A stretch of 63,626 nt of DNA, filler included, from Rhabdomonas costata (lineage: Eukaryota), in NCBI GenBank assembly GCA_019059605.1. It is 44 parts of 44 records of this genome, joined end to end, with 100 filler letters (N's around TTAATTAATTAA, not from the genome) between each part and the next. Parts side by side here need not be neighbours in the genome. Positions count along the whole stretch, not along the records: positions 1 to 1,349 come from JAHMHO010018580.1; positions 1,450 to 2,798 come from JAHMHO010018581.1; positions 2,899 to 4,247 come from JAHMHO010018582.1; positions 4,348 to 5,696 come from JAHMHO010018583.1; positions 5,797 to 7,145 come from JAHMHO010018584.1; positions 7,246 to 8,594 come from JAHMHO010018585.1; positions 8,695 to 10,043 come from JAHMHO010018586.1; positions 10,144 to 11,492 come from JAHMHO010018587.1; 36 more parts are not named here. One strand, written 5' to 3'. The translations under genes were made by a program, and so were the position numbers. Numbering within the stretch: position 1 is the first letter of the stretch; every line of letters begins with the position of its first letter. Shown piece by piece: positions 1 through 10,144 of this stretch. The notes under the pieces were generated by a model, which saw nothing but the letters and a program-made list of their open reading frames with translations, ran no database searches and was not told the DNA's origin.

Positions 1-9
1 TGTGGTGGT

Positions 10-380
10 GTGTACTGCACTGATCGCCACATTATCGGTGATGAACTTGACACCGCACCTGCTTGCGACGATTCGGCTTGTTGTGAGGAGAAAGGGACGT
101 ACCCAACCATACCTAGTGTGCGAAATCCAGGAAGTCCTGGAAGTCCAGCTTCAAAAGATTCTCGAATTCGAATAGTAATAATACCCCCTCGTGAGGTTCC
201 TTCTAACGAAAATATACGGTAACCCACACATTAAGGCTACAAAGGTATCGCACAATTATCTGCAAAGAAGGATATAACCGGCATAACTGACACCTGTCTC
301 AATTCCTGATCCCTGAAGTGGATTTAAGCCTCTGGCAGAGACTGCAGGCCTCCCAACTCCCAATAGAACTCTCTACTGTG
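10..380 (-). pseudogene. Possible highly degenerate LTR-retrotransposon integrase fragment
   Basis: Minus-strand pieces in different frames read CSLCQRLK (like the integrase CxxC end) and WISHTRYGW...CGVKFIT (like WIxRYGxP...GVK). Many stops and frameshifts. Confidence 0.25.
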
Positions 381-965
381 GATCACAGAAAGCAACAACG
401 AAAGCACATCCGGGGTATCGGTTCATAGGGCGCCAACGGCTAACACCAGAGGGTGCGGAGGGAACACACACACCGAAGCAAGTTGGAAAAACGGAGAACT
501 TGTCCAGAGGAATCCTCCTCCGGCCAAACACCAAACGCAACGCAAAATGCATCCCAGAAAATACAAAAAAAACGTAGCGGTCACAGGTAGTACAGCTTCT
601 CGAAGAGATTCTTCCTGCCATCGGATCCCCTGTGCAAAGCACGGAGTACAGGTAGCGACAGAGTAAGAGCGATTGACATCCGATGTGAAAGGGGCTTGGG
701 TTGCGGAGCGGGGTGGCCGAAAAGTCCAATGGGAGAACGCCTGCGGAGTGCACCTTCCATGCAGCATTCTTTCTCTTTTCCTTTTGTTCATTGGGGAACC
801 TCGCCACATCGAAGAGACATTGGTGCACACCCTTCTCGGAACCCTGGAAAACCCACACATATGCAAGCAGAAGCATATGCATAACCACAACCGAGGAGGG
901 AGGGGGGGCTTTGCTTCACCAACCGGTAATGCCACATAAAATGCACACAAACATGGCACGCTCAC

Positions 966-1184
966 GGAATTAAGCAGTAAAGGGCAGTAGAACAGCAGCG
1001 GATGGGATAAAAAGTGCGCGTGCTGCTCGCACCCCAGGTACTGCCCGGAGAACTGCGCCAGGGTGCTGGCGTACTTCACCACGCTGGGGGTACGGATGGT
1101 GCCGTTCCAGTTGTAGTAGGTATGGGAAAGGGCGTACGTCATGGCCTGCAGCTGGTCCGCACTGAACCCACTGGTGTCGTACAG
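966..1184 (-). CDS. Piwi-clade Argonaute, PIWI-domain C-terminal exon (partial gene)
   Basis: After a TAG acceptor (1187-1185) it reads LYDTSGFSADQLQAMTYALSHTYYNWNGTIRTPSVVKYASTLAQFSGQYL...HPLLFYC. This matches the Piwi end LYDT...LQxLTYxLCHxYYNWxGTIRVP...YAHKLA...LFYL. Candidate GTGAG donor at 965. Confidence 0.9.
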
Positions 1185-1349
1185 CTACGTGCCCCCCCCC
1201 AAACAGCACAGACTCGTAAAATACACCCATTGCGGAGCGGAAGCATTCGTGCGGAAGAATACGACAGAGTATAGCTGTGAAGTCGCAAACCCCAGAAAAG
1301 GCACCAGGGGCATTGAAACCAAGCGTAAGACAGCATCGGAGCTGCATGG

Positions 1350-1449
1350 NNNNNNNNNNNNNNNNNNNNNNNNNNNNNNNNNNNNNNNNNNNNTTAATTA
1401 ATTAANNNNNNNNNNNNNNNNNNNNNNNNNNNNNNNNNNNNNNNNNNNN
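1350..1449. other. Artificial contig-joining spacer N44-TTAATTAATTAA-N44 (first of 43, recurring about every 1448 bp; last at 62179-62278)
   Basis: Identical 100-bp unit with a six-frame stop linker between near-equal-length contigs. ORFs ending in XXX...LIN are artefacts of this linker. Confidence 0.99.
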
Positions 1450-2495
1450 TGTGGGGTGTGTTTGGGTGTTTTGTTCGTATATCTGCACAATGTCCTACCT
1501 TCTCCGGTTGGTGGTTGCTCATTTTTAGGGACCAAGGCCATGCACAGTCCTCCCATCGGGGGGTCATGCAAGGCTCGCCGAAGAGGACTGCTAAGGATGA
1601 TGAAGATAAGTCTCTGTCGCCGGCAAAAACAATGATGTCCCCGTCAGACACTTGCCTGGGAGCGGTCGTAGCTTGTCTCAGTTTCTGTCCGTGCCGTTCG
1701 CATAGGTTGCCCATTCGGTGGGGGGGACTCTTTGAGATGTGCCTAACACAGATGTCCATCAGCTTTTGCCCTGGCTTTCCGTATGTCTACTCTTTTTTGC
1801 TAGGCGACTTTGTCACCAATTGTCACACGGATTTTTTTGTAGCTTGCGCTCATGATCAAGTAGCCGGCGTTGTTTTTGTAGTATGGGAGGGAGGATCTGT
1901 ACTTTTCCTTGAAGAGAAGAGTCGCTTCCTGTTGTTCTTTACCTCAACGCCGTGCCATTTTATTTGATGTCTTTTTTGCGTTACCCCTTTGCATTGCACC
2001 CAGCGAGCTGTACTCTTTACACCTAAATTTAGTTGTGGCCTTCGAGTGAGCGCACTCTTTTAACACTTCCGAAGAATGAGCACCGAAAGGACTTTTGGCA
2101 AATTCTCAGATTTAAATTCGCGGTCACCCAGGTTTTACCAGCGGAACTGCTCGTGAACTGCACCATGTACCGCTGCAATTTTTCTTGAAAGATATCTTGG
2201 AAAAGCTTAGGTTAGGTAAATCTCACAACCGTGGCGTTCGAGCGTGTTCCTCAGGATGGTAACTGGTTATGCTGCTTGAAAAGTTTCATCATGTCTCTGG
2301 CTAGTCATTTTACAACCGCCGCTGCGGAGGTGAGGAGGATTCGGCTTTTTTATTCATCCTTGTCGTCGTTTCCTTTTTCTCCCTTCGTGTTTTGGCGAAT
2401 TGAGCATTCGAAAAGTTGCAAAAAGTTGAAATGCAGGGAACTGCACGTTCCTACGCGCGGGTATGTTTTGTTACTCCATCTTTGGTACCCTTCGC

Positions 2496-2718
2496 CAGGT
2501 GTGTTTCGGTGAAAGCGTAGTATTCGACAGCAATGGAGCGTTCGCCCATATGAGAACCCGCTTCCAGGGTTGCAGGCCCACCCAACAGAGCCCCAAACTT
2601 GAGAGAGGAAGTGCTGGAATGCGGGAGGGGCCTGCAACCCTGGAAGCGGGTTCTCATCTGGGCAAACGCTCTCCATTGCGCTTTCAAATAATACTGCGCT
2701 TTCACCGAAACACACCTG
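2496..2718. repeat. Imperfect long inverted repeat (arms 2496-2579 and 2628-2718, 48-nt loop) at the 5' end of an intron
   Basis: CAGGTGTGTTTCGGTGAAAGCG...TGAGAACCCGCTTCCAGGGTTGCAGGCCC is present on both strands, with substitutions and indels between the arms. Confidence 0.92.
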
Positions 2719-2798
2719 CCCAAGGGGCATGTCGAGTGCCTCTGCAGCCACGCCGCAATGGACTCCCGGTCGAAGTTATGACCCTCCCGATCCATCAC
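2716..2798 (-). CDS. U-box domain exon (E3 ubiquitin ligase fragment)
   Basis: MDREGHNFDRESIAAWLQRHSTCPLGR matches U-box GHTFERxxIxxWLxxxxTCPxxR. Followed by an AG|GTGTGT donor at 2715. 5' end truncated by the contig edge. Confidence 0.85.
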
Positions 2799-4799
2799 NN
2801 NNNNNNNNNNNNNNNNNNNNNNNNNNNNNNNNNNNNNNNNNNTTAATTAATTAANNNNNNNNNNNNNNNNNNNNNNNNNNNNNNNNNNNNNNNNNNNNGG
2901 TCACTTTATATCTTTCGCATCACCCCTCCCTCCTCCCGACGCCTTGTGTGACCGAAATGTGCGCTGGTCTTGGAACGCCGTGTCTGACCCTCGGCTTTGT
3001 TGCTGTGATGTTTTGTGCCCTGCTGGAAAAACTGAAGTTTCCGAAGGAAAGTTCTATTGCTTCAGTGCGGGCGCAAGCGCCGCGTACCACGGCGACAGGG
3101 TTGTCAGGGCTGTTTTCATCACCGCAGCTGTAGCTTCTTCCTCCGGAAAACCACCCAGCCGCACAGCCGCAGGTAACGAATTACCCCAGCCGAGAACTCA
3201 ACCCACCATCCACTGCAATGACGGATAGGTCCGCGTTTGCAGCGAGGCTCCTCCCACCACGGCCGCAAGCTCACGGCACCATGCAATCTTCTGCCATTCC
3301 CGGCATATCACGTGCCCTTGGAATCGGCGGACCCAGTCAGGCAGCGAGCCGCACTGGCACGGACCACCTGGTCCCAGGGAATGGCTGCTGGTGCCAACAC
3401 TACCTCAGCAAAAGCAGACCGCTCCCAACACACTGCAGTGGCCTCTACCATCACCGTAAACTGCGGTGTCCGCCTCACAAAATGCAGTGCCGTCAGCGCA
3501 GCATGAACCTCCGCCCGAAGCTCACGGATGCCGGCACTGGACAGGGGAAAACCAAGCGGGGCGCTGCCCGCAGTCGGCTCAGCTGTGGCCACATCTGGCG
3601 CGCTTGTCGCGCCAGCTTCGCGGCCAGCTCTCGATCTCCGGTTCTCAGCACCTGCGCCACCAACACTGGCCAGACGTGGAGGGGAAGGCGGGGACGGTTC
3701 TTGCGCCGTGAGGGCAAGAGCAACCTCAGCTTTTGAGGGGCTCGTAACCAAAAGCTTCGGCGGGATTCCTCTTACTCCCCTTCATACCGCTCCAAATCCC
3801 ACCTCGCACGCTGGCGGTGCGCTGACTAAGCAGGATGCTGGCCATACCTCCGCTCCCGATCCCACATTCGCCTACTCAATAACTCAAGCTCTTGCCTCTC
3901 CGTCACCATGAACCTGTTACACTCCCCCAGACGAGGCCTACTCTCAAGTAATTTCGTGTTGTTGTCAGGTGCGCGGGCATTTTGTCCGTTGTCTGCGCGA
4001 GACAGTGGTATGCCGCGGGAGGCTCGGTGTCCTCCTCGGTGGGGTGCTGGGTGGCCCGTGGCCCCCTCGGCGTTTGCTTTCTTCGCAGGTTCCAACCCTG
4101 CGACTGGTTCCACCCAACCCTCTGCATTCCCCACTTGCAATTTTCTGCGTCCCTTTCCCTCCCGTCCTCTCACGCGCATGTTGTCAACTTCTCATCCCCC
4201 TCCGTCTTGCATCTGATCGGACCCCCCCCACCAACCACACCCAACACNNNNNNNNNNNNNNNNNNNNNNNNNNNNNNNNNNNNNNNNNNNNTTAATTAAT
4301 TAANNNNNNNNNNNNNNNNNNNNNNNNNNNNNNNNNNNNNNNNNNNNTGTTTTGTTTCTTTGTCTTGCCCTCGCGTGGTCGGCGCCCCACCTGAAGCGAG
4401 GGCAAGACAAAGAAATAAAAGAGGTCTCCTCAACATGCCCCATTATCAATCTTTGATAAGTGAAAGTGTGGCTTCCCGAAAGTCGTGATGTGCATGAGCG
4501 ACAACTATCGTACGGAAACCCCCTTCAGCATGGCGGCGATGCAAGTGTCCTCCGAGATACTGATACCAGAATTTGCAGGGGGCTAGGATGCAAGCGTCCC
4601 CCTGGGAGTAGGTAACAGAAGATTTGGCAGAGGGATCGACGGTTGACGCAAATCTCGCTGGAATTCCAAAACAAGACTCTTCACAGGGGGGTTAGCCGGT
4701 GAGTTCGATGGGACTCCCGTACACGAATTTGCAGGGGGTCTTGGGGCCTTTTTGCAGGATGCCTTGGGCCGCGGAGCGCAGCGCGCGGCTCCATCCAAG

Positions 4800-4845
4800 G
4801 TACTTTCTGGGGGCACTCTATGAGGAGGGGCAGGGGGCTGCGAAA
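4800..4845 (+). CDS. Possible Sel1-like repeat mini-exon
   Basis: YFLGALYEEGQGAAK resembles Sel1 YxLGxxYxxGxGVxK. Flanked by an AAG acceptor and a GT donor. Very short. Confidence 0.3.
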
Positions 4846-5796
4846 GTGGTGGGGATTTATGTGACGTCCGGTGAAGGGTCTGGTGAAATCAGTCCTTTGG
4901 TGGTATTACACCCAGAGATATGAGCTCGATGGACCATTTCTCTCCAGAACTAAACGGGCCACGAAGCCGGCGCCTCGCCGCAGCAACAAAGGCCAGTTGT
5001 CAGTGCACTCGCATGCACTTGATGACTGTACTTTCGATTTCTTTTATCTCGGCAGTGTCAAACAGCCGCCTTTGCGTTCCCAGCCGTTTTTACACACCCC
5101 TTCAACAGCATTAGCCTGCCTCTGACATGGTCAGCCGGTTCAGTTGGCATCGCTTTCATCGGAGGAAACGAGGACGGAGAGGGCAGGGGTGGCGACCAAA
5201 CGGGGCATCTCAAAACCCCCCTCTAAAACATGTACCACCCCAAAAGTAAGAGAATGGTGCGCAACGAATGCCGACATGAAGCTTTTTCACGGCGACCTTC
5301 AAACGGTGGCCTTGCTCGGCGTTGGACATTATGTAATTATCGTCAAACCGTGAGTTCTGACTTCACGGTGCAACCTGCTTTGCAATAGTGCGCACCAAAG
5401 TTCGCCTTTAGTAGCAGGGTGGGGGCGATGCCCGTGTGCGCTCTGCCCCTCAGCTTTGACTAATTTCAAGGCTTTTTGACGTGAAGGTTGCGCGACCCTT
5501 GAAAAATTTTCGGGCTTTGATCGAAAACCTGTATCCCAACTGGAAAACTTGTCGGTGTGGCCTGGTCAACGGGACCAAGACTGCAAGTGTGCGGGAGGGT
5601 CTATAAATCACCCTCCAAAAGGTCAGCGCAGCACTGAGTGGCTGCTGCCTGTTGTTCAATTTGCAAGGGTTTCTCCAGCGTTTCTCGAAATCGGGANNNN
5701 NNNNNNNNNNNNNNNNNNNNNNNNNNNNNNNNNNNNNNNNTTAATTAATTAANNNNNNNNNNNNNNNNNNNNNNNNNNNNNNNNNNNNNNNNNNNN

Positions 5797-6337
5797 GTGG
5801 TTTTGTATCATGTGTCACTATCTTTTTTATTCCTTCATCTGTTATACTATCTCTATTATAATATCGTACACAAAATGCATGATAACTATGTACTTCTACG
5901 TTTTTAATATTCAATGCTCTCACTTTTTGTTTTGTTTCTAATTTTAATTTTGCATTATATGTTAGTACTAATATTTGTTTATCAATATATTTTGCTATGT
6001 ATAATATTGTTGTTGTTTTTCCACTTCCTGCAACTGCATTTACTATTGTATTATATCCATCATTTAATTCTTGTACTACACACATTTGTTCATCTGATAT
6101 CGGTGGTAATACATAATTAAATTCTTCTGTACTTGATATTTTTTTTGTTATTTCTCTCTCTTTCTGTTTTAATTGATATAATAGTTCTATTACCATTATT
6201 TTATGTTTATCATAATTACTATCTGGACTACATTTCTTTTTTGTTTTTGTTAAATGTATCTTTAATGCAGAATTTGTAGAAAACTGTTTGTGACACAATG
6301 GGCACACATTCTTTAATAATTGTTCACTAATATCCAT
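5797..6337 (-). CDS. SF1/UvrD-like helicase with N-terminal C2H2-like zinc finger, giant-virus type (3'-truncated)
   Basis: ATG at 6337. CPLCHKQFSTNSALKIHL...C zinc finger, Q motif SDEQ, Walker A NAVAGSGKTT, motif Ia ILVLTYN, then VEVHSYHAF. Intronless and very AT-rich. Confidence 0.88.
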
Positions 6338-6374
6338 TTTAGGTTATCTTTATTTTTAGTACTAGATATTTATA

Positions 6375-6388
6375 TTTTCATTTTTTTT
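6375..6388 (-). promoter_or_regulatory. AAAAATGA motif resembling the Mimiviridae early promoter (AAAATTGA)
   Basis: Minus strand reads AAAAAAAATGAAAA about 40-50 nt upstream of the helicase ATG. One mismatch to AAAATTGA. The AT-rich context lowers its significance. Confidence 0.4.
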
Positions 6389-6407
6389 ATATGTTTTTTA
6401 TTTTATA

Positions 6408-6475
6408 TTCTTTATAAAGTAAATTAAATTAAGAATTTAATTTATAAAGAATTTAAAATTTTAATTCAAATTCTT
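6408..6475. terminator. AT-rich intergenic hairpins, consistent with the Mimiviridae hairpin rule for transcript 3' ends
   Basis: TTCTTTAT-(AAAGT)-AAATTAAATT-AAG-AATTTAATTT-ATAAAGAA (6408-6451), plus an overlapping AAGAATTT...AAATTCTT hairpin. Both lie just downstream of the 6502-6876 ORF stop. Confidence 0.6.
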
Positions 6476-6501
6476 AATTTGTATTTAAAAAATTCAAATT
6501 C

Positions 6502-6876
6502 TTAATTAAGAGGCATCATACATTTAATAAAATTCTTATCATCAATTGATACAATCTCACCTAATCCATTATTTGATATACATTGCTTCATATCTGTACT
6601 TGTACATTTACCACAAGTACAACTATTACATGGAAAATATATTTCATTTCCAACATAACACATATTCATATCATTATGTTTATTTTTTGTATATTTTCCT
6701 CCTATATTTTTACATTGTTCTTTTTCATTATATTTATCAGTATCATAATCACAACGTAATGTATGACTTGATGTTTTATGTATAAATCCACAATTATTTA
6801 TTATCTTTTCATATTTCTTTTCATCTGATCCAATGTTTATAAAATTATCATATGTTGTATCTAAATGTACTTGCAT
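6502..6876 (-). CDS. Cys-rich hypothetical protein, 124 aa (viral-type ORFan)
   Basis: Complete ATG-to-TAA ORF in very AT-rich DNA, with many Cys. Aligns by eye with the divergent ORF at 6944. Confidence 0.75.
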   Translation of the reverse strand: MQVHLDTTYDNFINIGSDEKKYEKIINNCGFIHKTSSHTLRCDYDTDKYNEKEQCKNIGGKYTKNKHNDMNMCYVGNEIYFPCNSCTCGKCTSTDMKQCISNNGLGEIVSIDDKNFIKCMMPLN

Positions 6877-6943
6877 TGTTATATATGTATTTTATATATT
6901 TATTTATGCAAGTAGGAATAAAAAAATAATTATAATTAAATAC

Positions 6944-7145
6944 ATGATTGTATACACAACAGATACTTTTGATGATTTGAAATTTATTCTATCAAAAAAT
7001 ATTTTGTCAGGTAATTATGATAAAATAAAAAATAATTGCATATCTGTAAATAAAAATGAATATAATTCATATTCATTTATTTGTAATACAAAAAATAAAA
7101 TGTCGGATACTCATAATTGTAAAATAATCGGTGGTCAAAAAACAA
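6944..7145 (+). CDS. Hypothetical protein, paralogue of 6502-6876 (3'-truncated)
   Basis: ATG at 6944. MIVYTTDTFDD...NYDKIKNNC...FIC...NCKIIGGQKT aligns with MQVHLDTTYDN...KYEKIINNC...LRC...QCKNIGGKYT. Confidence 0.72.
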
Positions 7146-7699
7146 NNNNNNNNNNNNNNNNNNNNNNNNNNNNNNNNNNNNNNNNNNNNTTAATTAATTA
7201 ANNNNNNNNNNNNNNNNNNNNNNNNNNNNNNNNNNNNNNNNNNNNGTTCCTCTTCTGTCCACGGCTCTGTTGGGGCATCGCTGCCGCTGTCCTCTTCACT
7301 CATCTTCCTGAAGTGCCCTGTGTATCCGGAACTGGAGAGGTGGTGGTGGTAGTGATCGGCGTTCTTGAAGCTGAGATTCAAGTCTGACTCCTGAAGGCAG
7401 ACCTTTTGGTATGTGCAATTTCGTTTCCGTTGATGTCGGTTGCAGCAACTCTTTGCATGTGTCTCATCTCTCTGCTCTCCAGAACATCGCCGGTGCAAGA
7501 GATAGGAGTGTGGTCTCCCACATTCCGCTTGGGACTCATCAGAGGTGGGACTTCTGATGGCCACATGGTCCGTCTCTGTGCTCTTGTAGGGCCTCTGCCT
7601 CCGGGTGAAGTGGAAAAGTATCTCCAGATACGTCGTATTCTCTTTGTTTTGCTAGACGCGGAGACTCAGTGGGTGCTGCCGAGGACGGACCGGAGGCTG

Positions 7700-8580
7700 T
7701 AGTAGCTCGAATCCAGAAAACGATGAGGAAGACGCTGTACACAGCCGAGCCTATAGCCAGTGCTGGCCGCTTAGGGTCGGGTAGGCCTTTTCCGTGAGAC
7801 TTCTGGATACACTTCAAGACTTGAGTGAACCATGCTCGAAGTTCCTTGATTCTAATGTCTGTTGTGTGCCAGCAGTAGAATAGGAAGAGAATGAACTAGT
7901 CTGCGAGAATAGCCTCTTCAGATGGCGTTGCGGAAAACGGTGGTCGTCGAGTCTTTGAAATCTTTCATGTGCAAACACGTTTCTTGGCAGTGCACCAGCC
8001 TATACATCAACACATCACTGGGCTGATGAGGAGGGGCCACCGTACCGAGTTTCGTGTACCAAACGATATGGTAGGGGTAAGTCTCCTTCTTTTGTCCAGT
8101 CAGTTTTGGTGTCGACGTACACGTTGAACCCAGGTACACCACAGAGTCCCATTCTCCGGTGACCTTGTAGTCCATGCCGTAATATTCCGGCGCTGAAAGA
8201 GTCACACCTGCCGTGTACAGTTCGTTGATGTACTTAGAAACGGCATCAGAACTTCCCGGGCCTAGGTTTTAGTCGTGCTTCTTTTCCACTGGTTAACAAG
8301 CCAAGGTGGCAATTTGAGGAGCGGCTGGCATTCCCATTGGCATTCCCATGATTTGGCGGCGTACCAGGCCTCCGTTGTACGTGTATTTGTTGGCAATCAT
8401 GTACGAAAGAAGGTCGCCAGCAAAGGTTCCCAGCGAAATTAAAACGGCACACGCTCAACTGTATATGCTGAAGCGGTTCACTGTCGACTTCCATGGAACT
8501 GTTCACAGCCTGATTGTGCTCAAAGGCTTCCAGAATGGAACCTCGGCGTCCCGTCAATGGGGTAGTGTCAGATTGAGACA
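7700..8580 (-). mobile_element. Degenerate Penelope-like retroelement, RT core and thumb (copy 1)
   Basis: Reads YNGGLVRRQIMGMPMGMPAAPQIATLAC*PVE...SKYINE (decayed RYIDD)...VVYLG...YPYHIVWY...RLVHCQETCLHMKDFK...AI*RGY. These are the PLE QxxGxPMG, YIDD and thumb motifs. Contains stops and probable frameshifts. Confidence 0.85.
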
Positions 8581-10144
8581 GCCAAAACAAAACANNNNNN
8601 NNNNNNNNNNNNNNNNNNNNNNNNNNNNNNNNNNNNNNTTAATTAATTAANNNNNNNNNNNNNNNNNNNNNNNNNNNNNNNNNNNNNNNNNNNNGGGGGT
8701 GTTTGCCAAACGGCTGCCTTTCGGCCCGGAAAAGCCTCACTCCCCTTCCCTGCCTTGAGCTTTTGCGAGTTGCTTCTTTAGCAGTTTGCCATGTCTTAGG
8801 TTCAGTGCTCGTTGGCATCTGGAGAGGACCAGGTCGTGAAGCTCGCAAGTGCCCTGGAGCGCAAGGTCTGCAACCCAGAGCAGGAGGAAGAATCTGATTT
8901 ATTGAAAAGGAGTGAATTGGAGGGAAATTGGAGGGAACCTGTGCACCAAGCTGCGACTATTCTGACGCAATTCCGGTGGTATTTGATGTCATGGCAGTGG
9001 TGCACGCACGCCTCCCCTTTCCCTTTTTCTTCTTGTTCTGGGTTGCATTGTTTCCGTCTATGCTGTGTGGTACTGTACGCAGATTCAATTTCAGATTCAT
9101 CAGTGCTGCAGGGTCCTCTTCTTCAATGCTGAGTGAAGCGCAGCTGGAGCGCGTCGCAGCCAGGGTTTCTCTTGCGATGACCTGTTGTCTTTCGCACACG
9201 CACGTAATGGGGAATAGATTTTCTGCACGCGCTTCTGTTGATGTGCACCGGCTCCGTTTCTTCACTCTTTTATCGGGTTTCGCCCCTGTGGGTTGGAAAA
9301 ACTATGCGTCCCGAGGGTGTATTTGCCGCTTCATGGGTGTGCTATCGATTCTGGAGAGCTAGACTTGAAGCAGAGGAATGATGTCCGCCAGCAGATTTTG
9401 TGACAGCCTTTCCGAAATGTTTTCATATCGGACCCACCGGGCCTGTTGCTCCCCTCTGCTCGACCTTTGCGTAGGTGCAAACCGTGCTGGAGTCACATGA
9501 CCTTAAAGCTGCCCGCTCACCCGCAGCACCAGAACCACCACGGAGGGTCAAACATGTGCACACCACGATTGTCAGTGTATTTTGTCACCCGATGTGTGCG
9601 TGCGTGTGTTTTTGTTTTCACGGCATTGAACAAAGAAAAACGAACGCTTTTGTCTTAAATACAATTCCGACGTCGCAGTTGTGGCGCGTTTCTCATACTC
9701 TGTTTGGGCTTCTCTTGCAAGCAAAGAGGCAGATGTGAGTGAGGTTCTGCCCCTGTTGCAGGTCGTTCCGAGCACTTGGGGGCCGACTTGATCCAACTTC
9801 AGGAAACACTTCTTCTGCACGTTTGAGGTTTGTCCCAATGGAAACGAGTGTTATCTTAGATCCTTTTGAAGATCTTTAGGAGAGCGTTTGTTTCCGAGCA
9901 GAAGCATACATTCCTAAAGAAAATCACACACCTCCACCCCCACAGCCTCCATCGTCCCCCAACACCCATACCCAACCCAACGCTACCACACGCCCAACCT
10001 GACCCTCCGAAATGTGAAACCCCGACCCTCACCAGCCACCACCNNNNNNNNNNNNNNNNNNNNNNNNNNNNNNNNNNNNNNNNNNNNTTAATTAATTAAN
10101 NNNNNNNNNNNNNNNNNNNNNNNNNNNNNNNNNNNNNNNNNNNG

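Noticed and set aside
1450-1475. G/T-rich starts and C/A-rich ends read as telomeres
   Set aside because: The polarity is opposite to real telomeres (G-rich strand runs toward the 3' end), there is no fixed repeat unit, and the tails interrupt exons.
2899-4247. Several overlapping GC-rich ORFs, possibly a decayed element
   Set aside because: No RT, recombinase or transposase motif could be identified with confidence in any frame.
7514-7551. Hammerhead-like TCCCACCT-CTGATGA-GTCCC...GTGGGA on the minus strand, downstream of the Penelope-like RT
   Set aside because: The CTGATGA core and a possible stem I are present, but stem II closure, GAAA and stem III are missing. At best a relic; worth rechecking on a family consensus.
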